A stretch of 62,947 bases of DNA, the filler included, from Actinomycetota bacterium (GTDB lineage: Bacteria > Actinomycetota > Acidimicrobiia > IMCC26256 > VFJJ01), in assembly GCA_009886115.1 (NCBI GenBank). It is 5 parts of 5 records of this genome, joined end to end, with 100 filler letters (N's around TTAATTAATTAA, not from the genome) between each part and the next. Parts side by side here need not be neighbours in the genome. Positions count along the whole stretch, not along the records: positions 1 to 15,277 come from VFJJ01000095.1; positions 15,378 to 22,971 come from VFJJ01000133.1; 3 more parts are not named here. One strand, 5' to 3'. Under the pieces are notes generated by a model, which worked only from the letters and a program-made list of their open reading frames with translations, was not told the DNA's origin and made no database searches. Each line of letters opens with the position of its first letter. The first letter of the stretch is position 1. Below are positions 8,517 to 17,712 of the stretch, one piece after another. A program made the translations under genes and the position numbers.

Positions 8517-10561
8517 CGACGAACGACGATCCCCAGGCGCGACCGCGGTCGCGCCGAGGCGTGTGGCCGTCCCTGATTCCTGCGCTCGTCGTGGTCGCGG
8601 TTGTGCTCGTGGCGAGCGTGATCGTCGCTGCGACCTGGGACAGCGACACGGGCGGCGCGGCCCCAGGGGGCCGACTCGAGCCGGAGCCTCTCCTGGTCCT
8701 TGCCGCTGGTGGAGCGCTGGGCGTGCTGGCTGGAGCCCTCATCTACTCGATGGGTCGGTCGCGAGAGCTCGCCTACGACCTCGTCGACGAGGTGACAGGG
8801 TCGCTCCAACGCAGCGAAGAGCATTTTCGGGCCCTGGTCCAGCACGGCCACGACCTCATCGTGGTGGCCGATTCCACCTGGCGGGTCCAGTACGTGAGCC
8901 CCTCAGTAGAACTGCTGCTGGGGTTCGAGCCGCGCGAGCTGCTGGGCCTCGCCGTCCCCGAAGGCCTCCATCCGTCCGTGGCGCCACTGGCTGAGGCCGC
9001 CATCGGCGGTTCGGCCGTGGGGGAGCTCAGCGTCCGCCATCGCAACGGCTCCTGGCGATCGTTCGAAGGGGTGATCAGCGACCTCCGCCACGAGCCGGCG
9101 GTCCAGGGGTTCGTCGTCTCGGTCCACGACGTCACCGAGCGCCAGGCTGCGGCCGACCAGCTGGCCCACAACGCGACGCACGACCCGTTGACGACGCTGC
9201 CGAACCGGGTGCTGCTGTTCGACCGGCTCGAGCACGCCCTGGCCCGAACGGCTCGCGACCCCACCGACATCGCGGTCCTGTTCCTCGACCTCGACCGGTT
9301 CAAGATCGTCAACGACAGCCTCGGGCACCAAGCCGGCGACGAGCTGCTGGCCGAGGTCGCGCAACGACTGCGCTTCACCGCCCGAGACGCCGACACCGTC
9401 GCTCGCTTCGGCGGCGACGAGTTCGTGATCGTCTGTGAGGACATCGACGGCATCAACGAGGCGACGGTCATCGCTCGGCGGCTGATCAGCCGGCTCGCCG
9501 AGCCGATCCTGCTCGGTGGGCACGAATCCCTCGTCGGCGTCAGCGTCGGGATCGCCGTCGCTCACGGAGGTTCCACCACCGCTGAGGAGATGATCCGCGA
9601 CGCCGACGCCGCCATGTACCGGGCCAAGGAACGAGGTGGAGGCGTCATCGAGGTCTTCGATCCTTCGATGCGAACGCGGGGTGTCTCGCTCATGGGAACC
9701 GAGGCCCTGCTCCGGCGCGCGCTCGAAGACGAGCAGTTCGTTCTGCACTATCTGCCGGTGCACGATCTCGTCTCAGGCTCGATCGTCGGGGTCGAGGCTC
9801 TCGTCCGCTGGGTTCACCCCGAGCGGGGCCTCGTCGGTCCCGAGGAGTTCATTCCGCTCGCCGAGGAGATCGGGCTCATCCGGCCGCTCGGTGCCTGGAT
9901 CATCCAGGAGACATGTCGGCAGGCTGCGGTGTGGGCTCGGGCAGGCCATGAAGGTGGCCGGCGGCTCGACCTCACGGTGAGCATGAACCTGTCGGCCGGG
10001 CAGCTCACGCAGGCCGACCTCGTCGACGTGGTCGAAGCGGCCGTCTCGCTCCTCGTCGACGATGGGGGGCTCCGCCTGTGCGTCGAGCTCGCAGAGAGCA
10101 TCCTCACCAAGGAGCCCGATCTCACCGTCGAGACGCTGCACAGGCTCCGGGCCCTGGGCGTCAGCATCGCCATCGACGACTTCGGAACGGGGTATGCATC
10201 GCTCAGCTCGCTCCGGCAGTTCCCGGTCGACATCTTGAAGATCGATCGGGCGTTCGTGGCTGGGCTCGGGCTCGGGCTCGGGCTCGGGCCCGGGCTCGGG
10301 GGAGGCGCGGGCGGGCTCGGGGGAGGCGCCCGGGGCGCCGGAGGTGCCTGCGGCGAGCTCGATGGAGCCACCGGCGATGCGGCGATCGTGCTCGGGATCA
10401 TCCGCCTGGCTGCCGAGCTCGGCTCGACGGTCATCGCCGAGGGCGTCGAGACCGCCGAGCAGGCCGAGGCGCTGCGCTCGATGGGCTGCCCGCAGGCCCA
10501 GGGTTTCCACTTCTCGAAGCCGCAGTCGGCCCGGGACATCGAGGCTCTGCTGGGGCTCTGA
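8513..10561 (+). CDS. Membrane-anchored PAS-GGDEF-EAL diguanylate cyclase/phosphodiesterase
   Basis: Two TM segments, PAS, HDPLTTLPNR, RFGGDEF, EALVRW, DDFGTG, AEGVET; GTG start overlaps the pepF stop (GTGA). Confidence 0.92.
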   Translation: MTTNDDPQARPRSRRGVWPSLIPALVVVAVVLVASVIVAATWDSDTGGAAPGGRLEPEPLLVLAAGGALGVLAGALIYSMGRSRELAYDLVDEVTGSLQRSEEHFRALVQHGHDLIVVADSTWRVQYVSPSVELLLGFEPRELLGLAVPEGLHPSVAPLAEAAIGGSAVGELSVRHRNGSWRSFEGVISDLRHEPAVQGFVVSVHDVTERQAAADQLAHNATHDPLTTLPNRVLLFDRLEHALARTARDPTDIAVLFLDLDRFKIVNDSLGHQAGDELLAEVAQRLRFTARDADTVARFGGDEFVIVCEDIDGINEATVIARRLISRLAEPILLGGHESLVGVSVGIAVAHGGSTTAEEMIRDADAAMYRAKERGGGVIEVFDPSMRTRGVSLMGTEALLRRALEDEQFVLHYLPVHDLVSGSIVGVEALVRWVHPERGLVGPEEFIPLAEEIGLIRPLGAWIIQETCRQAAVWARAGHEGGRRLDLTVSMNLSAGQLTQADLVDVVEAAVSLLVDDGGLRLCVELAESILTKEPDLTVETLHRLRALGVSIAIDDFGTGYASLSSLRQFPVDILKIDRAFVAGLGLGLGLGPGLGGGAGGLGGGARGAGGACGELDGATGDAAIVLGIIRLAAELGSTVIAEGVETAEQAEALRSMGCPQAQGFHFSKPQSARDIEALLGL

Positions 10562-10602
10562 CGCCCTGACGCTCTGACGCTCTGACGCTCTGACGCTCTG
10601 AG
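10555..10602. repeat. 8-bp tandem repeat (GCTCTGAC) x6 containing the EAL gene stop codon
   Basis: Read directly; lies between convergent genes. Confidence 0.9.
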
Positions 10603-10609
10603 GTGTGGC

Positions 10610-11983
10610 TCAGCGCCGGGGCGGAGTGCGTCGGGCCGCGTGGGTCGCGCTCACATAGACCCATCCGAATCCGGCCAGCGCCAGCCCGAAGAGGGCGCCG
10701 CCCAGGATCGTCGCCACCCGGGTCGACCACGAGATGGCGTCCTGTGGGGTGTCGCCGGGAAGCAGCTCGATCGCAACGTCGTCGACGACGACCTCGTCGG
10801 TCGCCGGTGTGGAAACCCCGGTCGGATCGGCGACGTTCGTCGTCGGGGAGGTGCTCGATGCCGTTCCCAAAGGGGGGAAGGGCTCGGTTGACGTCGACGT
10901 TTCGGCGGGCTCAGCCGGGATCTCGGTCGCGACCGTTGCCGGGGGAGTGCGCGTCGTCGTGGCAGAGGTCTCGGTCGTCGTGGTGGGGGCGGTCGTCGTG
11001 GTGGGGGCGGTCGTGGCGGTCGTGGCGGGCGTGGCGGGACGACCGGTGGTCGTGGTCGATGGGCCGCTCGGGCGAGTCGTGGAGACCGTTGGCGGCGCGG
11101 TGCCCGTCGTCGGCGGCGAGGTGGTCGCGGTCGGGGGCGAGGTCGAGCTCGGCACCGCAGGTGCGGTGGTACCGGGCTCGGGAGGGCCCGACGGCGCAAT
11201 CGGGGGACGCCAGGCCACGGCGGAAGCGACCGACACGCCCGTGGGGTCGACACCGCTCACGTTGAAGGTGACGGGCGCGTCGGAACCCACAGCCAGCGTC
11301 ACCGTGTGCTCCACGATGACCTGCTGACCCGGCGCGATGGGAGCCGCGCTCATCGAGAGCTCGGCGGTACCCCCGATGGAGTCGACGACCGTGACGCTCG
11401 ACAGCGGGCTGTTCCCCGTGTTGGTGACGGGGACCTCGAGCACGTGCTCGATCTGGCCGCCTGCCTGGCGGGGTGGCGTCGGCGAGCGTGGGCCATCGAC
11501 CCGTACTGCGGGCGTCGACACGACGAGGTGGAGGGTCCGCTCCTCGGGTGTGATCGCCTGGCCGGTCGTCGCCTCGGTGGCGAGGAAGACGAAGTTCACG
11601 TCGAGCGAGCCCGCGACCACGCGCGCCGGTGCACATCCCCACGTCCATGTCTCGCTGGTTCGGAACACGACGCTGCCCGACGGCGAAAGCGTGCGTATGA
11701 ACTGGCAGCTGCCCATGGCCTTGGCCCCGACGAGGTCGGCGCCCTCATTGTCGACGCTGACCTGGACACTCATGGGCACGTCGGGTCGAACCCATTGGCC
11801 GTCGAAGACCCCGGTCGTTCGCACCTCGACCTGGACGGGTGGATCAGGCTCGACCGGTGAGGCCAGCGCAGCAGCGCCGGGCCAGCAGGCGACCACGCCG
11901 AAGAGCGCGCACGCGACCATCCAGTGCACCCCCGGCCTGGTCACACCCGGTGCTCGCTTGGCGTCGGTCGGTCGTCTTCGCAT
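10610..11983 (-). CDS. Secreted/surface protein: signal peptide, Ig-like beta domains, Thr/Pro-rich stalk, C-terminal TM anchor
   Basis: Hydrophobic N-terminus ending AALA, VTNTGNSPLSSVTVVD motif, poly-Thr linker, C-terminal hydrophobic helix plus basic tail; start uncertain. Confidence 0.7.
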   Translation of the reverse strand: MRRRPTDAKRAPGVTRPGVHWMVACALFGVVACWPGAAALASPVEPDPPVQVEVRTTGVFDGQWVRPDVPMSVQVSVDNEGADLVGAKAMGSCQFIRTLSPSGSVVFRTSETWTWGCAPARVVAGSLDVNFVFLATEATTGQAITPEERTLHLVVSTPAVRVDGPRSPTPPRQAGGQIEHVLEVPVTNTGNSPLSSVTVVDSIGGTAELSMSAAPIAPGQQVIVEHTVTLAVGSDAPVTFNVSGVDPTGVSVASAVAWRPPIAPSGPPEPGTTAPAVPSSTSPPTATTSPPTTGTAPPTVSTTRPSGPSTTTTGRPATPATTATTAPTTTTAPTTTTETSATTTRTPPATVATEIPAEPAETSTSTEPFPPLGTASSTSPTTNVADPTGVSTPATDEVVVDDVAIELLPGDTPQDAISWSTRVATILGGALFGLALAGFGWVYVSATHAARRTPPRR

Positions 11984-12096
11984 GCTGAGATACAGCGTAG
12001 ATGCTCCGAATGGGCACCGACAGCGCGAAGGGGCCGAATTCCCCACTCTGGGCGATGCGCCGTCGCTCTGGGGAGCCGGGTCCGACCACGAAACGA

Positions 12097-13542
12097 TCAA
12101 GCCGGGAGCAGGACTCCGGGGTTGAGGATGCCCTGGGGATCGAACGCATCCCGAATGGCCTGCATGGTGGCGAGCGCCACCGGACCCCGATCGAGCCCCA
12201 GCCACCGGCGCTTGGCCCGACCGATACCGTGCTCGGCGCTGATGCTCCCATCCAGCTCCACGACGAGACGGAGTACCGCGTCGTCGACCTCCTCATCATC
12301 AGGCGCCGGACCGAGGACGTTGACGTGGAGGTTTCCGTCGGCGAGATGCCCGAAGAGCACCAGTCGTGCCGTGGGCGCGATCGACGCGACGACGCCTCGG
12401 ACCCGCTCGACGAACTCCGGGATTCGAGCAGCCGGCAGGGTGACGTCGAGCTTGTGGGGGCGACCGATCTCGGCCCCGAGGGCGTTGACGGCCTCGGTAT
12501 GTGCCTCGCGCAGACGCCAGAGCTCGCTTCGAGCAGCGGGCTCGGTCGCAACGACGGCGTCGACGACATCGACCACCGACGAGCCGATGCTGGCGATCGC
12601 TTCGGAGAGCGTCTCCCCAGGATCGGGGGCGCCCGGCCCGTCGGCCGTCTCGAGCAGCACATAGACCTGTGCATCGGTCGAGAACGGCATCCTCGTGCTG
12701 CAGCGCTCGCACACCAGTCGCAGCCCGTCGGCAAAGAAGACCTCAGCTGCGTCGAGGGCCGGGAGGATCGCTCTGAACCCGGCGATCGCTTGAACTGCGC
12801 TGGCGACGTCGCGCAGACCGACCACCGCGACCGCACGCGCCGGCTGGGGCACCACCAGCCGGAGCCGAGCCCGCGTCACGACGGCGAGGGTCCCTTCGCT
12901 CCCGGTCACCAGCCCGGCGAGGTCGTAGCCGGTGTTGTCCTTCAGCAGGCCTCCGAGCCGGGCCATGCGTCGGCCGTCGGCCAGTACCGCTTCGACGCCG
13001 ATGACCTGCTGACGCATGCCGCCGTACCGCAGGAGTCGGAGCCCGCCAGCGTTCGTGGCGATCATCCCGCCGATCGTCGCCGAGTCGCGAGCACCCAGGT
13101 CGACACCGAAGTCCCAACCCGCAGCTCGTACGCCGCGCTGCAGGGCCGCCAGCGTGACTCCAGCACCGACGGTCACCTGACCCGAGCTCTGGTCGACGGG
13201 CTCGAGCTGATCGAGTCGGAGCAGGCTCAGCACGATCGCGCCGACGCCCTCGCCGACGGGGACCCCGCCCCCGACGAGCCCGGTGTTCCCGCCTTGGGGC
13301 ACCACCGGCACCCGGACCTCGTGACAGGCACGAAGAATCTCCACGACCTCGTCGGCCGACGCCGGCCGAACGACGGCCGACGCCTCGCCTCGGAACCGAC
13401 CCGTCCAATCGACCTCATAGCTGCGACGAACGTCGGGATCGGTGAGCACATGGGCGTGCCCGACGATGGCCCGCAGGCGCGCGATCAGCGGGGCGTGTAG
13501 GGCAGGCTCGCGTGCGGTCAGCGCGGCGGTCGGTTCGGTCAC
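12097..13542 (-). CDS. FAD-binding oxidoreductase (GlcD/D-2-hydroxyacid dehydrogenase family)
   Basis: PQGGNTG, TIGGMIATNAGG, GSEGTL, GNLH, SAEHGIG, NPG. Confidence 0.92.
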   Translation of the reverse strand: MTEPTAALTAREPALHAPLIARLRAIVGHAHVLTDPDVRRSYEVDWTGRFRGEASAVVRPASADEVVEILRACHEVRVPVVPQGGNTGLVGGGVPVGEGVGAIVLSLLRLDQLEPVDQSSGQVTVGAGVTLAALQRGVRAAGWDFGVDLGARDSATIGGMIATNAGGLRLLRYGGMRQQVIGVEAVLADGRRMARLGGLLKDNTGYDLAGLVTGSEGTLAVVTRARLRLVVPQPARAVAVVGLRDVASAVQAIAGFRAILPALDAAEVFFADGLRLVCERCSTRMPFSTDAQVYVLLETADGPGAPDPGETLSEAIASIGSSVVDVVDAVVATEPAARSELWRLREAHTEAVNALGAEIGRPHKLDVTLPAARIPEFVERVRGVVASIAPTARLVLFGHLADGNLHVNVLGPAPDDEEVDDAVLRLVVELDGSISAEHGIGRAKRRWLGLDRGPVALATMQAIRDAFDPQGILNPGVLLPA

Positions 13543-13595
13543 CCTGGCATTCTGGCCGCTCGCCCCGCCGTCGACATTCCGGGTACAACCCTCGT

Positions 13596-14666
13596 ATGGA
13601 CCTCCCGGTGATGCCGCCGATTACCCCGATGCTCGCCAAGAGCGTCTCGATCATCCCTGATGGCCCCGGCTTCTTGTTCGAGCCCAAGTTCGACGGGTTC
13701 CGGTGCTTGGTGTTCAGGGACGGACCGGAGATCGAGCTCGCCTCCCGCAACGAGCGTACGCTCACGCGCTACTTCCCGGAGCTGCTCGATCCGTTGCGTG
13801 AACGGCTGCCGGCGCGGTGCGTGGTCGACACCGAGATCGTCGTCGCCGGAGCTCGAGGACTCGACTTCGACCTTCTGGCACAGCGCATCCACCCCGCAGC
13901 CTCGCGGGTCGATCGGCTGGCCCGGGAAACCCCGGCGACGGTGATCGCATTCGACCTTCTGTGCCTTGGCGATGACGATCTCCGCTCGCACCCGCTCTCC
14001 GATCGCCGAAGCGCGCTCGAGGGCTGCTTCCACGCGGGGTCGAGCGTGCCGGTGATCCTCGCTCCGGCCACCCGCGATCGGGACATCGCACTCGACTGGT
14101 TCACGCGCTTCGAGGGCGCCGGCCTCGACGGCGTGGTGGCCAAGCGGTTGGATCTGCCGTATCGGGCCGGCGAGCGCGTGATGCTCAAGGTGAAGCACGA
14201 GCGAACAGCGGAGTGCGTGGTTGCCGGATATCGCGTCCACAAGGATGGCCTCGGCGTCGGTTCCCTCCTGCTCGGGCTTCACGACGACGCCGGCGCGCTC
14301 CACCATGTCGGGGTGGCAACCGGCTTCACGGCCACCCAACGGCGCCAGCTCCTCGCCGAGATCGCGCCACTCCTCGAGGGCGCGCTCGATGCCCATCCGT
14401 GGGCGGGCTGGGCCGAGCCGGATGCTTCCGGCCGGATGCCCGGTGGACAATCGCGCTGGACCGGAGACCGGGACCTTTCCTGGGAGCCCGTACGCGCCGA
14501 GAGGGTCGTCGAAGTGGCGTTCACCCAGCTCCAAGGTTGGCGACTGCGGCACTCGGCGCGCTTTGTTCGCTGGCGGCCCGACCGCGAGCCGGCCTCATGT
14601 CGCTACGACCAGCTCGACGTCGCCCTGCCCGCCGAGCTCACGGACCTGTTTCGCCTTAGCGGCTGA
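13596..14666 (+). CDS. ligC: ATP-dependent DNA ligase (LigC type)
   Basis: MDLPVMPPITPMLAK start, EPKFDGFR (KxDG), DGVVAK, KVKH, RWRPDREP. Confidence 0.9.
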   Translation: MDLPVMPPITPMLAKSVSIIPDGPGFLFEPKFDGFRCLVFRDGPEIELASRNERTLTRYFPELLDPLRERLPARCVVDTEIVVAGARGLDFDLLAQRIHPAASRVDRLARETPATVIAFDLLCLGDDDLRSHPLSDRRSALEGCFHAGSSVPVILAPATRDRDIALDWFTRFEGAGLDGVVAKRLDLPYRAGERVMLKVKHERTAECVVAGYRVHKDGLGVGSLLLGLHDDAGALHHVGVATGFTATQRRQLLAEIAPLLEGALDAHPWAGWAEPDASGRMPGGQSRWTGDRDLSWEPVRAERVVEVAFTQLQGWRLRHSARFVRWRPDREPASCRYDQLDVALPAELTDLFRLSG

Positions 14667-15049
14667 GCCATCCGCCCGGATTCGCTGCCGGCCCGTGACG
14701 CGGGTTCAACGTGCGGGTCTCCCCTTCCTCTTCCTGGCGATCGAACGATGGATCACCCGTCCTCTTGGGTGTCGCCGTGCTGCCCCGGATCCTTCGGACG
14801 AGGAGCGCCATGCCGGATGCCGGCTCGGCACCGTGGCGAGGTCCCTGATCTGACCGTGCCCTCGCGGCAATTCGGGCGGGGAACATCGACGGAGTGAGCA
14901 GACTGACGGGCTGCGGACCGACGACCGCCCCACCACCAGCATCAGCGCGATCGATGCTCTCGCCTGCGCCGACGATCCCATCGACGGCGAACGGACACTC
15001 CGACCGTCGCCTGGGCGAACGGTAGCCCTGGGGTGTGACAGGAACCCCC

Positions 15050-15086
15050 CTTCCGCGCCGAATCTGTCGCAGAATCGGCGCGGAAG
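15050..15086. repeat. GC-rich inverted repeat (REP-like or terminator)
   Basis: CTTCCGCGCCGA...TCGGCGCGGAAG 12-bp stem with additional internal TCTG/CAGA pairing. Confidence 0.55.
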
Positions 15087-15178
15087 CAGCGGCAGCGGCA
15101 GCGGCAGCGGCAGCGGCGGCAGCGGAAGCGGCGGAAGCGGCGGCAGCGGCGGCGGCAGCGGCAGCGGCAGCGGCAGCG
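15086..15178. repeat. GCG/GCA-type microsatellite
   Basis: ~90 bp of (GCGGCA)n variants near the contig end. Confidence 0.9.
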
Positions 15179-15277
15179 AAGCGTCGGGCGCGTCGCAAGC
15201 CTCGGATGCGCACGCAGCGCCTGAGCATCACGAACCTCGGGATTGGACGGCTCTGGGCGTGGAGGACCAGACCCTGG

Positions 15278-15377
15278 NNNNNNNNNNNNNNNNNNNNNNN
15301 NNNNNNNNNNNNNNNNNNNNNTTAATTAATTAANNNNNNNNNNNNNNNNNNNNNNNNNNNNNNNNNNNNNNNNNNNN
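15278..15377. other. Artificial contig spacer
   Basis: N-run + TTAATTAATTAA + N-run, 100 nt, same layout at four sites. Confidence 0.98.
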
Positions 15378-15541
15378 ACGTGCCGCTGGAAGATCGCGCT
15401 CGGACGCTCCTTCAGCTGCCCGCCGATCCAGGGACCGTTGCGACCCATGCCCCGACTCTTGTCCATGTACGACAACATGTGCGGGACCCAGCTCGCGCCG
15501 TGCTCGGCGACGAGGACGTTGAGCCCGGGGTGGCGGCCCAT
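15378..15541 (-). pseudogene. Amidohydrolase family fragment lacking its N-terminal part (also cut by contig end)
   Basis: RHPGLNVLVAEHGASWVPHML resembles the internal xFPxLxxxxAExGxxW segment of Amidohydro_2 proteins, yet begins 7 bp after the P450 stop. Confidence 0.6.
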
Positions 15542-15548
15542 GGTCGCC

Positions 15549-16745
15549 TCAGCCCTTGACGCTGACGGGCATCCGCGCCCAGCCCCGGACCGTGCTGGTG
15601 TGCACCATCTCCGAGCCGGCCTCGTCGACCTCCCAGTGGGGGTGGCGGGCGAGCAACTCCTCGAGGCCCACCCGCCCTTCAAGGCGGGCCAGGGCGGCCC
15701 CCAGGCAGAAGTGGATCCCGTAGCCGAACGACACGTGCCCGTCGAGCTTGCGGGTCACGTCGAAGCGGTCGGGGTCGGGGTACTGCCGCTCGTCGCGACC
15801 GGCCGAACCGGTGAGCAGCGCCATCTTCGATCCCTGGGGCACGGTCTGGCCGTGCACCTCGACGTCGCGCATCACGACCCGGGCCTGGATGGGCGACGGC
15901 GCCTCGTACCGCAGGAGCTCCTCGACGGCATTGGGGATGAGTCCAGGGTCGTCGATGAGACGCTGGCGTTGATCGGGGTTGCGGTACAGCGTGATGCCGG
16001 CCCAGCCCATGAGGTTCGTGACCGTCTCGTTGCCCGCCGCCGCCACGAGGCTGATGTATTGCAACAGCTCCTGATCTTCGAGCTTGCGGGTCGAGCCGTC
16101 GCCAGCGTCGACGTCGGCGTTCACGAGATCGGTGATGAGGTCGTCGGCCGGCTCCTTGCGGCGCAAGGCGACGAGCCCACGGAAGTACTCGACCATCTTC
16201 AACTGGGCGTCGACGGGATAGTCGGTCTGGCCCTCGTCGCGGTGCACCTGCACATCGGCGAGCTCGCGTACGTGCTCGCGGTCGGCCTCGGGAATCCCCA
16301 GGAGCATCCCGATCACCATCATCGGGATCTTGGCGCCGTAGACCCTGACGAGGTCGAACGTGTCCTGGCCCGAGACCTCGTCGAGGTAGCTCCGGCACAG
16401 ATCCCGGATCCCCGTCTCCAGGCTCGAGATACGCCGGGGTGTGAACGTGCGGGCCAGGATCGAACGGTGCACATCGTGCATCGGTGGGTCCTCGAAGAGC
16501 ATGTTCCGGGCCTGCTCGATCACCTCGGGCCCGGCATCGATCAACTCGAGGACGCTGCCGTAGTGCGAGCTGTAGGTACGCCAGTCGACCGACATGTCAC
16601 GGACATCGACATACCGTGAGACGGCGTAGAAGTCGAAGCGCTCATTGAAGTAGAGGGGACGCTCGTCGCGCATGCGCTTCCACATCGGGTGCGGATCCGC
16701 ATCGAGCACGTAGTCGTACGGGTCGTACGAGATCTCGTCCGTCAT
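15549..16745 (-). CDS. Cytochrome P450
   Basis: AAAGNET I-helix, EELLR (ExxR), FGYGIHFCLG heme motif. Confidence 0.95.
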   Translation of the reverse strand: MTDEISYDPYDYVLDADPHPMWKRMRDERPLYFNERFDFYAVSRYVDVRDMSVDWRTYSSHYGSVLELIDAGPEVIEQARNMLFEDPPMHDVHRSILARTFTPRRISSLETGIRDLCRSYLDEVSGQDTFDLVRVYGAKIPMMVIGMLLGIPEADREHVRELADVQVHRDEGQTDYPVDAQLKMVEYFRGLVALRRKEPADDLITDLVNADVDAGDGSTRKLEDQELLQYISLVAAAGNETVTNLMGWAGITLYRNPDQRQRLIDDPGLIPNAVEELLRYEAPSPIQARVVMRDVEVHGQTVPQGSKMALLTGSAGRDERQYPDPDRFDVTRKLDGHVSFGYGIHFCLGAALARLEGRVGLEELLARHPHWEVDEAGSEMVHTSTVRGWARMPVSVKG

Positions 16746-16865
16746 CGTGCACCCTCACCTGTGGACCACCGGTCACGCCGGAAAAACCTTAGCCTCTTTT
16801 CCCGGCGGTGCTCGGGGCCGTCGGAGCGCCTGGAATCGGTGTTTCCGGTGGGCCGGCCGGTCCCG

Positions 16866-17530
16866 TCAGGCGAGATGACGGCGGAACCAATCGAGGATGA
16901 GGGTGTAGGCGCCGGCTGCGGCCGACGCGTCGTGGCGGGGCCCGGTGTCGTTGAAGAACGCATGGTCGACGCCGGGGAACGTGACGATCTCGTGGATCAG
17001 ACCGGCAGCTTCGAGCGCCGCCTGTGCGCCATCGCGCGAAACGTTGACGCGGGTGTCGAGCTCGGCATAGATCCCGAGGACGGCCGCCGTCGAGCCACTG
17101 AAGTCGGCGTCGGCGGGAGCCGGTCCGTAGAAGGGGATCGCGGCAGCGATACGGTCGTCGCCGCTCGCCAGGAGCGACCAGGTCATGGCTCCGCCGAAGC
17201 AGAAGCCCACGGCGCCGATCGACACACCGGCCGCTCGCCGTCCCAGCTCGTCGATGCCGGCGTCGAGATCGCCCAGCAGTCGATCGAGCGGAGCGGCGCC
17301 CAGCGCGGCCGGGGCCTCGGCGGGGTCGGCGAGGTGGTCGCGCTCGACGGCGTGGAAGCATCGGCGGCAGTATCGGCTGCCTCGTCGCCGCCGCAGGCAG
17401 CGAGGAGCGCACCGGCCGAGGCAACCGCCATACCCAGCATCCCCAAGCGCCGCAAGGCTTCCCGGCGGCTGAGGTGCCCGTCGGCGAAATCGTGGGCCAC
17501 TTCAGAGACGAGGTACTCACTGAATGCCAT
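16866..17530 (-). pseudogene. Dienelactone hydrolase family Tat-lipoprotein with internal deletion and frameshift
   Basis: N-terminal frame MAFSEYLVSEVAHDFADGHLSRREALRR...LAAC; after ~17335 a different frame gives LADPAEAPAALG...GFCFGG...YGP...HAFFND; the intervening IHENxGL-type region is absent. Confidence 0.8.
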
Positions 17531-17712
17531 GGCCTCGACGCTACCGGGCGCACCACCGGGCCACCTCGGACGGCTCGGGCCAGCGGCGCCGGGCGAGCCC
17601 GCCGGCGGTCGGCGGTCGGTCCGTGCCGAACCCTGAGACCGACGCTCGGGGCGTGACAGGATGCCAGACCCGACCACCGGGTCGGCGGCGGTCGTGCACG
17701 GGGGAGTGAGCG

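Noticed and set aside
13596..14666. ligC without adjacent Prim-PolC or Ku
   Set aside because: The partner may lie elsewhere in a fragmented assembly; absence from the window is uninformative
14656..15325. Poly-alanine ORFs on both strands
   Set aside because: Translation of a GCN microsatellite; no RBS, domain or codon support
15278..15377. Repeated TTAATTAATTAA palindromes within N-runs (also 22972, 48252, 58280)
   Set aside because: Identical 100-nt artificial linkers with stops in all frames; not biological, and cross-linker gene adjacency is meaningless
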